A DNA stretch of 64,000 bases from an uncultured Gammaproteobacteria bacterium (GCA_964497535.1 CAZCCG010000001.1:194858-258857); one strand, 5' to 3'. Counted from the first letter of the stretch, positions 1 through 8,943 are shown. Numbers and translations: made by a program. Notes: generated from the sequence alone by a model not told the origin.

Positions 1-1
1 G

Positions 2-799
2 AAAGAAATCGGAAGGATTCCGCTTCTGACTTTTGAACAGGAAATTGACCTGGCCAAACGGGTAGAAAAAGGGGATAAAGCAGCCAAACAAAAGTTGGTT
101 ACTTCAAATCTTCGATTAGTCGTGTCTATAGCCAAAAAATACGTTGGCCGTGGTTTGACCCTTCTTGATCTGATTCAGGAAGGAAACCAGGGGTTAATCC
201 GTGCGGTTGAGAAATATGACTGGAGACGTGGATTTAAGTTTTCAACCTATGCGACCTGGTGGATTCGACAAAGCATTACCCGGGCAATTGCCGATCAAGC
301 CAGAACCATTCGTATTCCCGTTCATATGGTTGAAAATATCAACCGATTCCTCAAAACATCCCGAAAACTTATGCAAGAATTAGGACGAGAACCAACCCCT
401 GAAGAAGTAGCGTCTGCGCTGGGAATCGAACCCGACAAAGCGCTTGAGATTATCAAAATTTCTCAGGAACCGGCAAGTCTTGAGAGCCCGGTAGGAGATG
501 AAGAAGATTCACGGTTGGGAGATTTTATTTATGACACATCAGCACCGACGCTTTTTGATACTGCCAGCCGGGAACTTTTGAAAGAACATGTTGATCAGGT
601 ATTAGCGACGCTTTCAGATCGGGAACGACGTGTTTTGGAAGAACGATTTGGTCTGAAAGATGGAAAACCAAAAACATTGGAAGAAGTGGGACGCATGTTT
701 GCGGTAACGCGGGAACGCATCAGACAAATTGAAGCAAAGGCGCTTAGAAAACTACGCCATCCATCCCGAGGCAACAAACTCCGCGATTACCTGGGTTAA
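2..799 (+). CDS. rpoD: RNA polymerase sigma-70 factor RpoD, C-terminal regions 2-4 (5' end truncated by window edge)
   Basis: The reading frame is open from nt 2 ([47 protein letters not shown]...). It contains the RpoD-box and the region 4 HTH ([29 protein letters not shown]). Stop at 797-799. Confidence 0.9.
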   Translation, partial: KEIGRIPLLTFEQEIDLAKRVEKGDKAAKQKLVTSNLRLVVSIAKKYVGRGLTLLDLIQEGNQGLIRAVEKYDWRRGFKFSTYATWWIRQSITRAIADQARTIRIPVHMVENINRFLKTSRKLMQELGREPTPEEVASALGIEPDKALEIIKISQEPASLESPVGDEEDSRLGDFIYDTSAPTLFDTASRELLKEHVDQVLATLSDRERRVLEERFGLKDGKPKTLEEVGRMFAVTRERIRQIEAKALRKLRHPSRGNKLRDYLG

Positions 800-998
800 T
801 CTTCCAGTTATCAGTTCTCTGTTTTCGGTTATCAGAAACAAGTTTATCTGTTGTCCGTTAATCTGTTTAAACCGAAAACTGAAGACTGACCAACTAGAGT
901 CTGACAACGGATAACGGAAAACCGATAACCGAATTGATCTTACATTCTTCTTACTCTCTCTTGCTTGAATTCTTGCTCTGTAAGCTTATGCTTATGAC

Positions 999-1355
999 AT
1001 GAAACGATTCTTAGGACTCTCTACAATTGGATTTTTCTCACTTACCACAAGCCTTTTGGCCTATCCTATTGTAATACAAGCGCAAGCATCTCATCTGACA
1101 CAGCAGCAGATAAGTGATGCAGTATTGGTATTGGATTGGCGATGGTTATTACCGCTTCTGGCAATTCCTTTGGCAATCCTTTTTTGGCCAAGTCTTGAAG
1201 AGGAATCCAATGGATTTTATAGAGGAAGCGGATTGGTAGGGATAAAAGGTGGGAAGGCAAAGCGGAGTTCACAGAAAAAACGGTTATTTATAAAAACAGA
1301 TAAATCAGAGCAACAAAGAATCACTGAGATTCCGATGGTGTCCAGCTCTCAATAA
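999..1355 (+). CDS. small membrane-anchored protein, paralog A (signal peptide with AxA site, second TM, basic tail)
   Basis: 118 aa. N-terminal hydrophobic segment ending IQAQA|S, then WRWLLPLLAIPLAILFWP, then a Lys/Arg-rich tail. Clearly paralogous to the next gene. Confidence 0.5.
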   Translation: MKRFLGLSTIGFFSLTTSLLAYPIVIQAQASHLTQQQISDAVLVLDWRWLLPLLAIPLAILFWPSLEEESNGFYRGSGLVGIKGGKAKRSSQKKRLFIKTDKSEQQRITEIPMVSSSQ

Positions 1356-1367
1356 CAATATCAGACT

Positions 1368-1697
1368 ATGATTCACAAAAGAATGTATAAACGATTTTTT
1401 GCAACAGTCCTTTTCCTCACGGTAGTAGTAGCAGGATTTGTTATTCTTCCTACAGTTATTCAAGTACAGGCAGCTCCGCCGGTTTCCATGCCCAAGCTGA
1501 ACTGGTGGTGGTTTACGGGACTTCTGGTTATTCCTCTCGCTTATGCGCTTTGGCCTCGGGATAAAGATGTACCCTATTATGATTACAATAAAGTGCGTGT
1601 AGTAGGAAGAAAAGGTGGTAAAACAAAACGATCCAAAACAAAAACAGCTTCCAAAAAATCCATGAAAAAAACAAAAAAGAAAACAAAGAAAAAATAG
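1368..1697 (+). CDS. small membrane-anchored protein, paralog B with poly-Lys tail
   Basis: 109 aa with the same architecture (VIQVQA|A, WWWFTGLLVIPLAYALWP, VGRKGGKTKRSK...KKTKKKTKKK). Tandem paralog of 999..1355. Confidence 0.5.
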   Translation: MIHKRMYKRFFATVLFLTVVVAGFVILPTVIQVQAAPPVSMPKLNWWWFTGLLVIPLAYALWPRDKDVPYYDYNKVRVVGRKGGKTKRSKTKTASKKSMKKTKKKTKKK

Positions 1698-1780
1698 GCG
1701 TTCATACATTAGTAGCGGCATAGGGTACAAAAAGCAGGGAGCAACACTACCCTGTTTTTTGTATTTGGTATACTGCATAT

Positions 1781-2305
1781 ATGAAATTAGTACAACCAAG
1801 TATTGAATACGAAGATAGTTATCTTACTGCAGTAGCTGAGTACCAGAAAGAACATCAGCACACCGGGGATTATTTGGGGCTACATATTGACGATCTCCGC
1901 GATAATTTCCCTGCGTATATACAGCAGTTAAAGAACCAGGCAAAGGGAATAGATTTACCAAAGGGGTATGTTCCTCAATCGCTCTTTTGGCTAATTGATG
2001 AAAATGAATTTATTGGGAGAGCAGGAATACGTCATGTTCTGAGTGAAAGTTTGCTGCGGGTAGGAGGACATATTGGCTATGATATTCGGCCGTCAAAGCG
2101 GCACAAAGGATATGGGAAAAAGATATTGGAATTGGTGTTGCCGCAAGCAAAAAAGTTGGGAATAGAAAAAGTCTTGGTAACGTGTGACGAGACCAATACC
2201 GGATCAAAAAAAATCATAGAAGCCAATGGAGGAATGTTGGAAAATATCGTTGAAGTAGGACCCCAAATGCCCCGCAAACTCCGCTACTGGATCCTTCTTG
2301 AGTAA
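1781..2305 (+). CDS. GNAT family N-acetyltransferase
   Basis: 174 aa. The acetyl-CoA binding region RHKGYGKKILELVLPQAKKLGIEKVLVTCDETNTGSKKIIEANGG is typical of the GNAT fold. Confidence 0.7.
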   Translation: MKLVQPSIEYEDSYLTAVAEYQKEHQHTGDYLGLHIDDLRDNFPAYIQQLKNQAKGIDLPKGYVPQSLFWLIDENEFIGRAGIRHVLSESLLRVGGHIGYDIRPSKRHKGYGKKILELVLPQAKKLGIEKVLVTCDETNTGSKKIIEANGGMLENIVEVGPQMPRKLRYWILLE

Positions 2306-2325
2306 TTCCACTCGTATCCCCGTAG

Positions 2326-2490
2326 TGTCACCACTTCGAATGTTTAGCGTGAAGCAAAACTGACAGAACGAGCGTTAAAAAATAGAAAGGTGAGCGAAGC
2401 GAGTCCGTTATTTTGGTGAGTGTCGGAAGTTTTGTAGCCAAACGAGACGTGGTGACGTTTTTTCCACTTTTCTAAAAAGTGGAAAAGAAA
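2326..2490. other. structured intergenic element, copy A (8 bp long-range closing helix plus a 12 bp perfect hairpin TTTTCCACTTTT-CTA-AAAAGTGGAAAA)
   Basis: gtgtcaccac (2327-2336) is complementary to gtggtgac (2449-2456). Internal caaaac/gttttg pairing. Terminal palindrome. Shares the motifs GAAGTTTTGTAG and CTTTTCTAAAAAG with copy B at about 6840-6990. Confidence 0.3.
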
Positions 2491-2513
2491 GTTATATAAT
2501 TAAAAGAAGGATT

Positions 2514-3140
2514 TTATGGATTTGCTCGCAGAATTTTCAAATAATTATAGATTGTTGCTCGTGAAATATGGAGCTTTTTTGCCACATACGGAGCAGCATT
2601 TTTATAAAAGAAAACGCCATTTTTTGAAAGCTTACCAAGCAATGTCTTTTTTTGAGAACGGGTGAGCTGGATGAGTATAAGGTTATTGCGGGTGAGATAG
2701 TCATTGATAAATCCATCTATTTTTTCCTGCCAATTATTACCGAATAATTCAACCGGATTATCTGCAGTTTTTTTAACGGTAAGAAATGCCGCAAGGTTTA
2801 TGTTCATATCCTGAAAAACCGATGTGTCAAAATTAAAACAAATCAGAGCGATTGGTTTTTTCTTTTCATCCCGTATTGTAATACTGGTGCATTTGATTTT
2901 TCTTCCATCCCAGTTGATTTCATAATAGGGATCAAATACATCGGGAAATTTTTCAACCGGCATATGTAATTGTGCCAAGGGACTGGGATCACCGATCTTT
3001 CTATTCGTAATATTACTATAAATAGCTGTAATTGTACCGGTTTTGATATCATGAACAGCACATTCCATAAACGGTGAAAATAATGTTACAACACCATTGA
3101 TAACCGGCTCATATATTTTGATAATTTGTTTTGTAGTCAT
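2514..3140 (-). CDS. YheO-like transcriptional regulator (YheO-type PAS domain plus C-terminal HTH_22)
   Basis: 208 aa. The C-terminal HTH (LLGKLSKNGVFFYKNAAPYVAKKLHISRATIYNYLK) matches the YheO family. Confidence 0.6.
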   Translation of the reverse strand: MTTKQIIKIYEPVINGVVTLFSPFMECAVHDIKTGTITAIYSNITNRKIGDPSPLAQLHMPVEKFPDVFDPYYEINWDGRKIKCTSITIRDEKKKPIALICFNFDTSVFQDMNINLAAFLTVKKTADNPVELFGNNWQEKIDGFINDYLTRNNLILIQLTRSQKKTLLGKLSKNGVFFYKNAAPYVAKKLHISRATIYNYLKILRANP

Positions 3141-3143
3141 ACG

Positions 3144-3866
3144 TTATAATGGTAGTGAGTAGTGTATTATTGTTGTATTATTCTGCCGGATAATATTATC
3201 GACCGATATCGCTTTAGCTTCTCCAGTCGTATGCAATTGTGTTCCTCCATCGGCTACAGCCCCGACAGTTTCCAGTCTAAAAGTCCGAAGGGGTTTTTGG
3301 GTCGGAAGATTTGGTTGTAAATAGATTGCTTCTTTTTTTAAATCTTCATAGGATTGGAATTTCCAGGAAAATCTCAGATCTTTTGTAATCAGTTCATTCA
3401 CTTTTTTCTGTAACTGCTGTTTTATATCTTTTTCCAAAACACCTTGATAGACAATATATGGTTTTTTACCATGATCTGCCTTGAGCGGACTTACTATTTT
3501 TGGGGAATATCCCAAAAGATACAGTGCAAAATCCACAATATGTCCGGCACTATGATACCGCATATTTTTATAGCGGCGCTGCCAATCAATTGTCCCGTGT
3601 ACCGTCTCCCCGATTTTGGGTGTAGAGAGTGCTTTTACAAAGTGCCATAGCTGTCCGTTTTGTATCATAACCTGGTATACCTGTCCGCTCCATGAGTTTG
3701 AAATTAGGGTTCCTTGATCGGTTGGCTGTCCCCCGCCCATAGCATAAAAAATTGTCTGATCCAAAAGAATTTTATATTTCCCTTCCCCATCGTATAAAAC
3801 TTCCAAAATGGTAGCGTCCATTTCCTTCTGGTAGGAATCATCCAGATATATCAGTTTTGTTTTCAT
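3144..3866 (-). CDS. alaX: AlaX-like misacylated tRNA(Ala) editing protein (tRNA_SAD domain)
   Basis: 240 aa. Zinc-binding HxxxH (HSAGHIVDF) and GGTQLHTTGE motifs as in the AlaRS editing domain and AlaX. Confidence 0.65.
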   Translation of the reverse strand: MKTKLIYLDDSYQKEMDATILEVLYDGEGKYKILLDQTIFYAMGGGQPTDQGTLISNSWSGQVYQVMIQNGQLWHFVKALSTPKIGETVHGTIDWQRRYKNMRYHSAGHIVDFALYLLGYSPKIVSPLKADHGKKPYIVYQGVLEKDIKQQLQKKVNELITKDLRFSWKFQSYEDLKKEAIYLQPNLPTQKPLRTFRLETVGAVADGGTQLHTTGEAKAISVDNIIRQNNTTIIHYSLPL

Positions 3867-3964
3867 ACGCCTAAGATAGAATGTTAGTCTAATTTAGACA
3901 ATTTGTCAATATAATAATTTCAGCTGGTATTGCATAAGTATTACAATCACGATATTCTAATAGA

Positions 3965-4699
3965 ATGAACTTCTTTCACCCGTCCAAACAGTCAACAAAT
4001 ACATTGTTTTGCTTTACACCGCTTGTTTCATTGGCAACTTTTATCATAGAAATATCATTTGCTCTCTATTTACTTTTCAAATATCGAACAACTCGATTTA
4101 GCCGAATCGGGATTGCGCTTTTGGTGTGTTTGGGGTTATTTCAATTCTCGGAATATCTCATCTGCATGGAACCGCAGTATACGGATCTCTGGATTAAAAT
4201 TGGATATATCGCTATCACACTTCTTCCGGCATTGGGGATTCATCTGATTTCGATTATCACACGAAGGCATACCACACTTATGTCTTCATCATACATCTAT
4301 GCGGGAGTGTTGGTCGTTGCCATTGTTCTGATCCCTCAAGTTGCGCTTGTTGCTACCTGTCAACCTGATTTTGTGGATATTACGATGAGTACGTGGTTTG
4401 GTCAATTCCACGGTGCGTATTATATAGCATATTTATTGGCAGCTGTTTATACACTCTGGTATTCTCTTCACAAACATATTGGAGATAGTTCGGAGGAAAA
4501 ATGGCTTCTTATTTCGTACGCGGCTTTTATCGTCCCAACGGTAGTATTATTTTATCTCAAAGTTATTTCTCATTTGGTTTTGCCATCGGTTATGTGCGGT
4601 TTTGCAGCCCTTGCCACAATTATTTTTATAATGATCGTAACACCTCGGTATTACCGGATCCACGCGAAGCGAACCAAGCAGAAAAAAAAGAGGAAATAG
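3965..4699 (+). CDS. standalone 7TM membrane protein, histidine-kinase 7TM sensor-like; poly-Lys C-terminus
   Basis: 244 aa with seven predicted TM helices. Resembles the HisKA_7TM N-terminal sensor domain but lacks a kinase core. Converges on the HK-RR operon. Confidence 0.45.
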   Translation: MNFFHPSKQSTNTLFCFTPLVSLATFIIEISFALYLLFKYRTTRFSRIGIALLVCLGLFQFSEYLICMEPQYTDLWIKIGYIAITLLPALGIHLISIITRRHTTLMSSSYIYAGVLVVAIVLIPQVALVATCQPDFVDITMSTWFGQFHGAYYIAYLLAAVYTLWYSLHKHIGDSSEEKWLLISYAAFIVPTVVLFYLKVISHLVLPSVMCGFAALATIIFIMIVTPRYYRIHAKRTKQKKKRK

Positions 4700-4709
4700 A
4701 AGTGTAATT

Positions 4710-5060
4710 TTATTTATACTGCTCTATTTTTGTCAGCAGGTCTTTTGTTTCAAAAGGCTTTGCCAAGAAATCATTTGCACCACATTCTCGTGCCCCTTTA
4801 TTGGCACTGGGATGAGCCGAGATCATAACTACAGGAATCTTTTTTGTCGCATTGTCACCTTTGATGTTTCTGCAAATTTCCCGTCCGTCACTACCTGACA
4901 TAAGTACATCCAACAAAATAACATCGGGATGAAATGTTCTGATCTTCTGATATATTTCATTCCCTTTCATTATTGTTGCAACCGTATACCCAAAATCCTC
5001 AAGGGTTATGCAAATCGCATCCAATATACTTTCATCGTCATCAACAACAAGTACCCTCAT
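4710..5060 (-). CDS. single-domain response regulator (CheY-like receiver)
   Basis: 116 aa. MRVLVVDDDESILDAICITLE...DVILLDVLMSGSDG...KIPVVMISAH...FLAKPF has the canonical receiver Asp and Lys residues. Confidence 0.85.
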   Translation of the reverse strand: MRVLVVDDDESILDAICITLEDFGYTVATIMKGNEIYQKIRTFHPDVILLDVLMSGSDGREICRNIKGDNATKKIPVVMISAHPSANKGARECGANDFLAKPFETKDLLTKIEQYK

Positions 5061-5066
5061 ACACTT

Positions 5067-6533
5067 TTATTTATTTTTTTGCAGCGGCAAGCTGAAGTAA
5101 AAGGTAGCCCCCTTTCCTTTGTTACTCTCCACCCATATAGTTCCTTTATGCCGTTTGATTATTTCTTTTGAAATATACAGACCCATGCCAAGCCCGGGAA
5201 ATGTTCTTTCTTTGGCATCGGTAACCTGATACAGTCTTCCAAATATCTTTTTTTGTTGATCAGGGGATATTCCGATACCGAAATCCTGTATGCTGACAAT
5301 TGCCTTCCCATCAATTTTTTTTGATCGGATGATAATATCTTTCCCGGTAGGGGAATACTTAGCCGCATTGGTTATCAGGTTGGTCAATACTTGATATAAC
5401 CGGAATCTATCTGCCGATACAACGACCGAATTTTTACCCGAGTATGTAAGCGTGTGAGTGCTAATTGATTGTTGGAGTCCCTCTACTGTTTCGGCAATTA
5501 ATTCATTGAGGTGAAAGGATTCTCTCGTGAATGATAACTTGCCGGTTTGGATACGCGTGACATCCAATAAATTACTTACTAATTCCTGTAATTTTTCAGT
5601 TTGGTATTTGATACCGGCGAGAGTTTTTGTTGCCCGTTCATCCTTGTATTGACTCATTCGTGTCATCAAAGAATCAATATACAACTTCATGCTGGTAATG
5701 GGAGTTTTGAGTTCGTGAGATGCCATGTTTACAAAGTCATCTTTGCGTTTGTCCATTTCTTTCTGTTGGGTAATATCGGTAATAATTTCTGCTGCGGCAA
5801 TAATTTTCCCCTGTTCGTTGCGGATAACTGACGCACTCATTTGGATATAGACTGTTTTACCGTCTTTGCGTTTAATAGTGTATTCTTTTCCCGCTACCGG
5901 TTTGCCGGTAGTAAATGTCTGGGCCAAGGGGCCCTGCGAGGGGGAGACCGATTTGCCTTCCACAGTAGCATGGAGCAAGGTGTCTTTTCCGACTACAAAA
6001 TGTGCCGGGAATTTTCTGCCAAGTATCATATCCAATTGTTTATTAGAATGTGTAACACTTCCTTTACTATCGGTAACCATAATTCCGACCGGGAGTTGTT
6101 GTAGGATTGCTTCAAGTCGTTTCTTCTCATCTGCTTCCTGTTCTATGAGGCTGTCAATAGTATGCTTGAGCCATCCGATAATCCCTGCCAAAAAGAAATA
6201 CAAAATACCCAGGACGATTGTAGTTTGTATACCGCTGGTGAGTTGATGTCCGCTGTAATGACGGGTATAAATAATATAAAAATAGTATGCGATTGTTACA
6301 CCAGCAGTAGCGAATCCTCCAAAGAGTCCATAACGAAATGCATTGTAAAGAATAAGCGCAATAAAGAGAAAAACGGCATACAAATCAATTGAATGAGGAT
6401 CATGTGCAATATAATACGCGTAGAATTCCAATATAACAGCACACAAAATTGTGCTAAAGAAAGGTATAGCGACCGAATAATCCTTTTTCCCCAAATGGTA
6501 CATTGGGTTAAGATACGTATAAATAGTTCTCAT
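5067..6533 (-). CDS. membrane-bound PAS sensor histidine kinase
   Basis: 488 aa. N-terminal TM helices, a PAS region, an H-box (MASHELKTPITSMKLYIDSL), and N, G1 and G2 boxes (NLITNAAKYSP...DFGIGIS...GLGMGLYISKEI). Confidence 0.85.
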   Translation of the reverse strand: MRTIYTYLNPMYHLGKKDYSVAIPFFSTILCAVILEFYAYYIAHDPHSIDLYAVFLFIALILYNAFRYGLFGGFATAGVTIAYYFYIIYTRHYSGHQLTSGIQTTIVLGILYFFLAGIIGWLKHTIDSLIEQEADEKKRLEAILQQLPVGIMVTDSKGSVTHSNKQLDMILGRKFPAHFVVGKDTLLHATVEGKSVSPSQGPLAQTFTTGKPVAGKEYTIKRKDGKTVYIQMSASVIRNEQGKIIAAAEIITDITQQKEMDKRKDDFVNMASHELKTPITSMKLYIDSLMTRMSQYKDERATKTLAGIKYQTEKLQELVSNLLDVTRIQTGKLSFTRESFHLNELIAETVEGLQQSISTHTLTYSGKNSVVVSADRFRLYQVLTNLITNAAKYSPTGKDIIIRSKKIDGKAIVSIQDFGIGISPDQQKKIFGRLYQVTDAKERTFPGLGMGLYISKEIIKRHKGTIWVESNKGKGATFYFSLPLQKNK

Positions 6534-6839
6534 GGAAATTATTCAGAACTTATTATAACGCTGCTGAGTGAAATCTGGGTAAGAAAAAGGTAAAGAATAC
6601 TTACAACGTATACCAGACAGTATAAGCAGAGGCAGTCCAGGCGGGAAGTTTTGAAAAGAAACAAAAAAGATTACTTCTTTTTATCCTTCTTTGGTTTTTT
6701 CTTCTCCTTTTTTGGTTTGGAAAATCGTTCACCCATACAATAATTATACACACCCTACTACGTTATGCAAGGTCTTCTTTTCTCAGTTTTCTTAAGTTGC
6801 GAGCAGTAGAACAAAGGGCGTGAACCCGATTGAAATGGG

Positions 6840-6990
6840 GGTGAAGTTTTGTAGAGTGAATGCATCAGGGGGAACCCGCTCTGTCTTTATTCCGTAGCGC
6901 GGAGGGGGTGTTATCCCCCGATAAGTGAACGAAACAAAATAGCCCGACTTCGATGCGAGCGCTTTTGAGCATCTTTTCTAAAAAGATGCA
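6840..6990. other. structured intergenic element, copy B (GGGGG-TGTTAT-CCCCC hairpin and terminal GCATCTTTT-CTA-AAAAGATGC hairpin)
   Basis: Shares GAAGTTTTGTAG and the CTTTTCTAAAAAG core with copy A. The outer stem bases differ in a compensating way (CCAC/GTGG versus GCATC/GATGC). Confidence 0.3.
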
Positions 6991-7038
6991 AACAAAAAGA
7001 ATGAATTTTTTACAATAGTCGTTTTATCTACAGAAGAT

Positions 7039-7854
7039 TTATTTTGGAGTATAAGCAACTCTATCCTTAAATTCTCCCTTTTCAATCCACCACCATATCC
7101 GTTCAATCGTTTTGGCATCATAGCCTTTTTTAATAATCTCTTTTTTTGATAATTTTTCTTCTGTCAATAAATATAAAACTTCGTCAACAATTTTATAGGA
7201 AAATCCGAATTCTCCTTCATCGGTCTGTCCTTCCCAGAGTCCGGCACTGGGAGCTTTGGTCAAAACTTTATGCGGTACCTGTAAATATGTCGCCAATTCA
7301 TAGACGTGAGATTTGTAGAGATTTCGAAGGGGTTCAATGTCGCTTGCTTCATCACCAAAACGCGTATAGTACCCAAGCAGGTGCTCGGTTTTATTTTCCG
7401 TACCAACGACCAGATAATTATATTTTTTTGACAAATCGTAGAGAATTATCATTCTCATACGTGCCATGATATTGCCAAGCCTCGGTTCATCCATTGTGGC
7501 ATCATAGGTGGCAATGCTGTCTACAAATGGTTTGATATTCACTGTTTGGATATTCTTTGAGGGGATCTTCACTGATTCAATAACAAGCCTGGCATCCTTT
7601 GATCCTTGGTCATTGAGCGATCCATACGGAAGAAGAATAGGATGGACATGGTCTGCACCGAGTGCTTGTACCGCAAGGGTGAGACTGGTTGCTGAATCAA
7701 TTCCGCCTGATACTGCAATGAGTATATCCTCTATATGTTCTTTGTTACACACAGACTGGATAAAAGTTATCAGTTCTTTTGCTGTTTTTTCTGCATTGAT
7801 TTTCTGCATAGCGATTTGTACAAGCATTATAGAAACTTGAAGTACAGAAGTCAA
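7039..7854 (-). CDS. nadE: NH3-dependent NAD+ synthetase
   Basis: 271 aa. PP-loop SGGIDS and the NadE-typical C-terminal region. The true start is probably an internal Met (MQKINAEK). Confidence 0.85.
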   Translation of the reverse strand: MTSVLQVSIMLVQIAMQKINAEKTAKELITFIQSVCNKEHIEDILIAVSGGIDSATSLTLAVQALGADHVHPILLPYGSLNDQGSKDARLVIESVKIPSKNIQTVNIKPFVDSIATYDATMDEPRLGNIMARMRMIILYDLSKKYNYLVVGTENKTEHLLGYYTRFGDEASDIEPLRNLYKSHVYELATYLQVPHKVLTKAPSAGLWEGQTDEGEFGFSYKIVDEVLYLLTEEKLSKKEIIKKGYDAKTIERIWWWIEKGEFKDRVAYTPK

Positions 7855-7865
7855 AAATACAGGTC

Positions 7866-8399
7866 TTATTGGAGTTTGTCAGGAACAAATCTGAGTGCCA
7901 GGGAATTCATACAATATCTTTTGCCGGTAGGCTTGGGTCCGTCATCAAAAACATGCCCCAAGTGCCCGCCGCATTTATCCAGTACTTCAATACGTGTTTC
8001 ACCCAGACTGTTATCTTCCGAAAGTACCACTGCGCCCGGCTGTATTGGAGCCCAGAAGCTGGGCCAGCCGGTACCTGAATCATATTTTTGTTCCGAGCGA
8101 AACACCGGTTCGTTGCATCCCACACTGTAGTATGTTCCTTTGCGTGTCTCATAATCCAGCAGCCCTGAAAAGGGAATTTCAGTACCTGCTTCCCGCAGGA
8201 TATGATACTGATCAGGAGTGAGAATCTTTTTCCACTGAGCATCGGTTTTGAATTTACTCTTGTCAAATGTCCCGGCGATAATCTGGGGAGTGGGCGAAGA
8301 AGTATCAGACGGTTGTGCGGGGGTTTGATGAGTAGCAAGAAAGATGATACCAAGCGTAATCACCACTGCGACAGTAAAAAAAAGGTACGGTCTTTTCAT
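7866..8399 (-). CDS. msrB: peptide-methionine (R)-S-oxide reductase MsrB with N-terminal membrane anchor/signal
   Basis: 177 aa. MsrB core (YSVGCNEPVFRSEQKYDSGTGWPSFWAPI...RIEVLDKCGGHLGHVFDDGPKPTGKRYCMNSLAL) preceded by a hydrophobic N-terminus and a linker. Confidence 0.8.
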   Translation of the reverse strand: MKRPYLFFTVAVVITLGIIFLATHQTPAQPSDTSSPTPQIIAGTFDKSKFKTDAQWKKILTPDQYHILREAGTEIPFSGLLDYETRKGTYYSVGCNEPVFRSEQKYDSGTGWPSFWAPIQPGAVVLSEDNSLGETRIEVLDKCGGHLGHVFDDGPKPTGKRYCMNSLALRFVPDKLQ

Positions 8400-8429
8400 A
8401 CCTATAAGTATACCAAACCTACTTTATTA

Positions 8430-8465
8430 CACACACCCGGTGTGTGGTAGGTAGACACATAAGGG
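8430..8465 (+). repeat. 36-bp palindromic element, copy 1 (CACACACCCGGTGTGTGGTAGGTAGACACATAAGGG)
   Basis: Member of a 5-copy family with consensus GCACACA-yCCGG-TGTGTGC-yAGsTAGACACAT. Lies about 35 nt upstream of the msrB start on the opposite strand. Confidence 0.75.
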
Positions 8466-8517
8466 TTTTAAAAGAAAAAAGGGCAACCCGCTAATAGCGA
8501 ATTGCCCATAAGTGTAG

Positions 8518-8838
8518 TTAGTCTTCCGGGAGCCAGATATTTTCCCATTGCTGGATAGCATCAATCATGGGTAATAAGTCCCTCCCTTTTTCTGTCAGGG
8601 TGTACTGGGTACGGATTGGAGGTGTACTATATACCTGGCGTGAAACAATGCCATACTGTTCCAATTCTTTGAGGCGCTCCGACAGCATGCGCGGACTGAT
8701 TCCTTCTACTATGATCTGGAGTGCGATGAACCCTTGCGGATTGACAAGTGCCCGCAGGATTTGAAACGTCCACCGTTTGCAGATCAGGTCAGCTGCTTGC
8801 TTACAACGCTCTTGAGTATAGTCAAAAGTATAGCTCAT
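8518..8838 (-). CDS. HxlR-type (MarR/DUF24 family) winged-helix transcriptional regulator
   Basis: The track ORF (8518..8922) opens with TTG. The likely ATG start gives MSYTFDYTQERCKQAADLICKRWTFQILRALVNPQGF...RMLSERLKELEQYGIVSRQVY...YTLTEKG, an HxlR signature with a conserved N-terminal Cys. A TATAAT box at about 8905-8915 lies upstream of it on the minus strand. Confidence 0.75.
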   Translation of the reverse strand: MSYTFDYTQERCKQAADLICKRWTFQILRALVNPQGFIALQIIVEGISPRMLSERLKELEQYGIVSRQVYSTPPIRTQYTLTEKGRDLLPMIDAIQQWENIWLPED

Positions 8839-8943
8839 GATCTCTTCCCCTTTGTAACTACTCTGCTCTCGGTACCTGGCACAAATGCCAGTACTCGGTA
8901 ATAACTGAGTATTATACCTCAAAATAAGCCTGAAGAAAAATTA

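Noticed and set aside
1305-1799. 164-aa minus-strand ORF overlapping both small paralog genes
   Set aside because: It is antisense to two paralogous, clearly structured genes. It is a low-complexity translation of the Lys-rich codons on the opposite strand.
2461-2490. 12-bp perfect hairpin read as a rho-independent terminator
   Set aside because: No U-tract follows the stem on either strand (A-rich after, T-tract only before). So it is not a canonical intrinsic terminator, and I kept it as part of the structured element instead.
5841-6593. Several 60-126 aa plus-strand ORFs inside the histidine kinase gene
   Set aside because: They lie entirely antisense within a well-supported kinase CDS and have no motifs.
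6672-6740. 21-codon Lys-rich mini-ORF MGERFSKPKKEKKKPKKDKKK on the minus strand
   Set aside because: It is very short, low-complexity, and has no start context. It is only mentioned within a finding.
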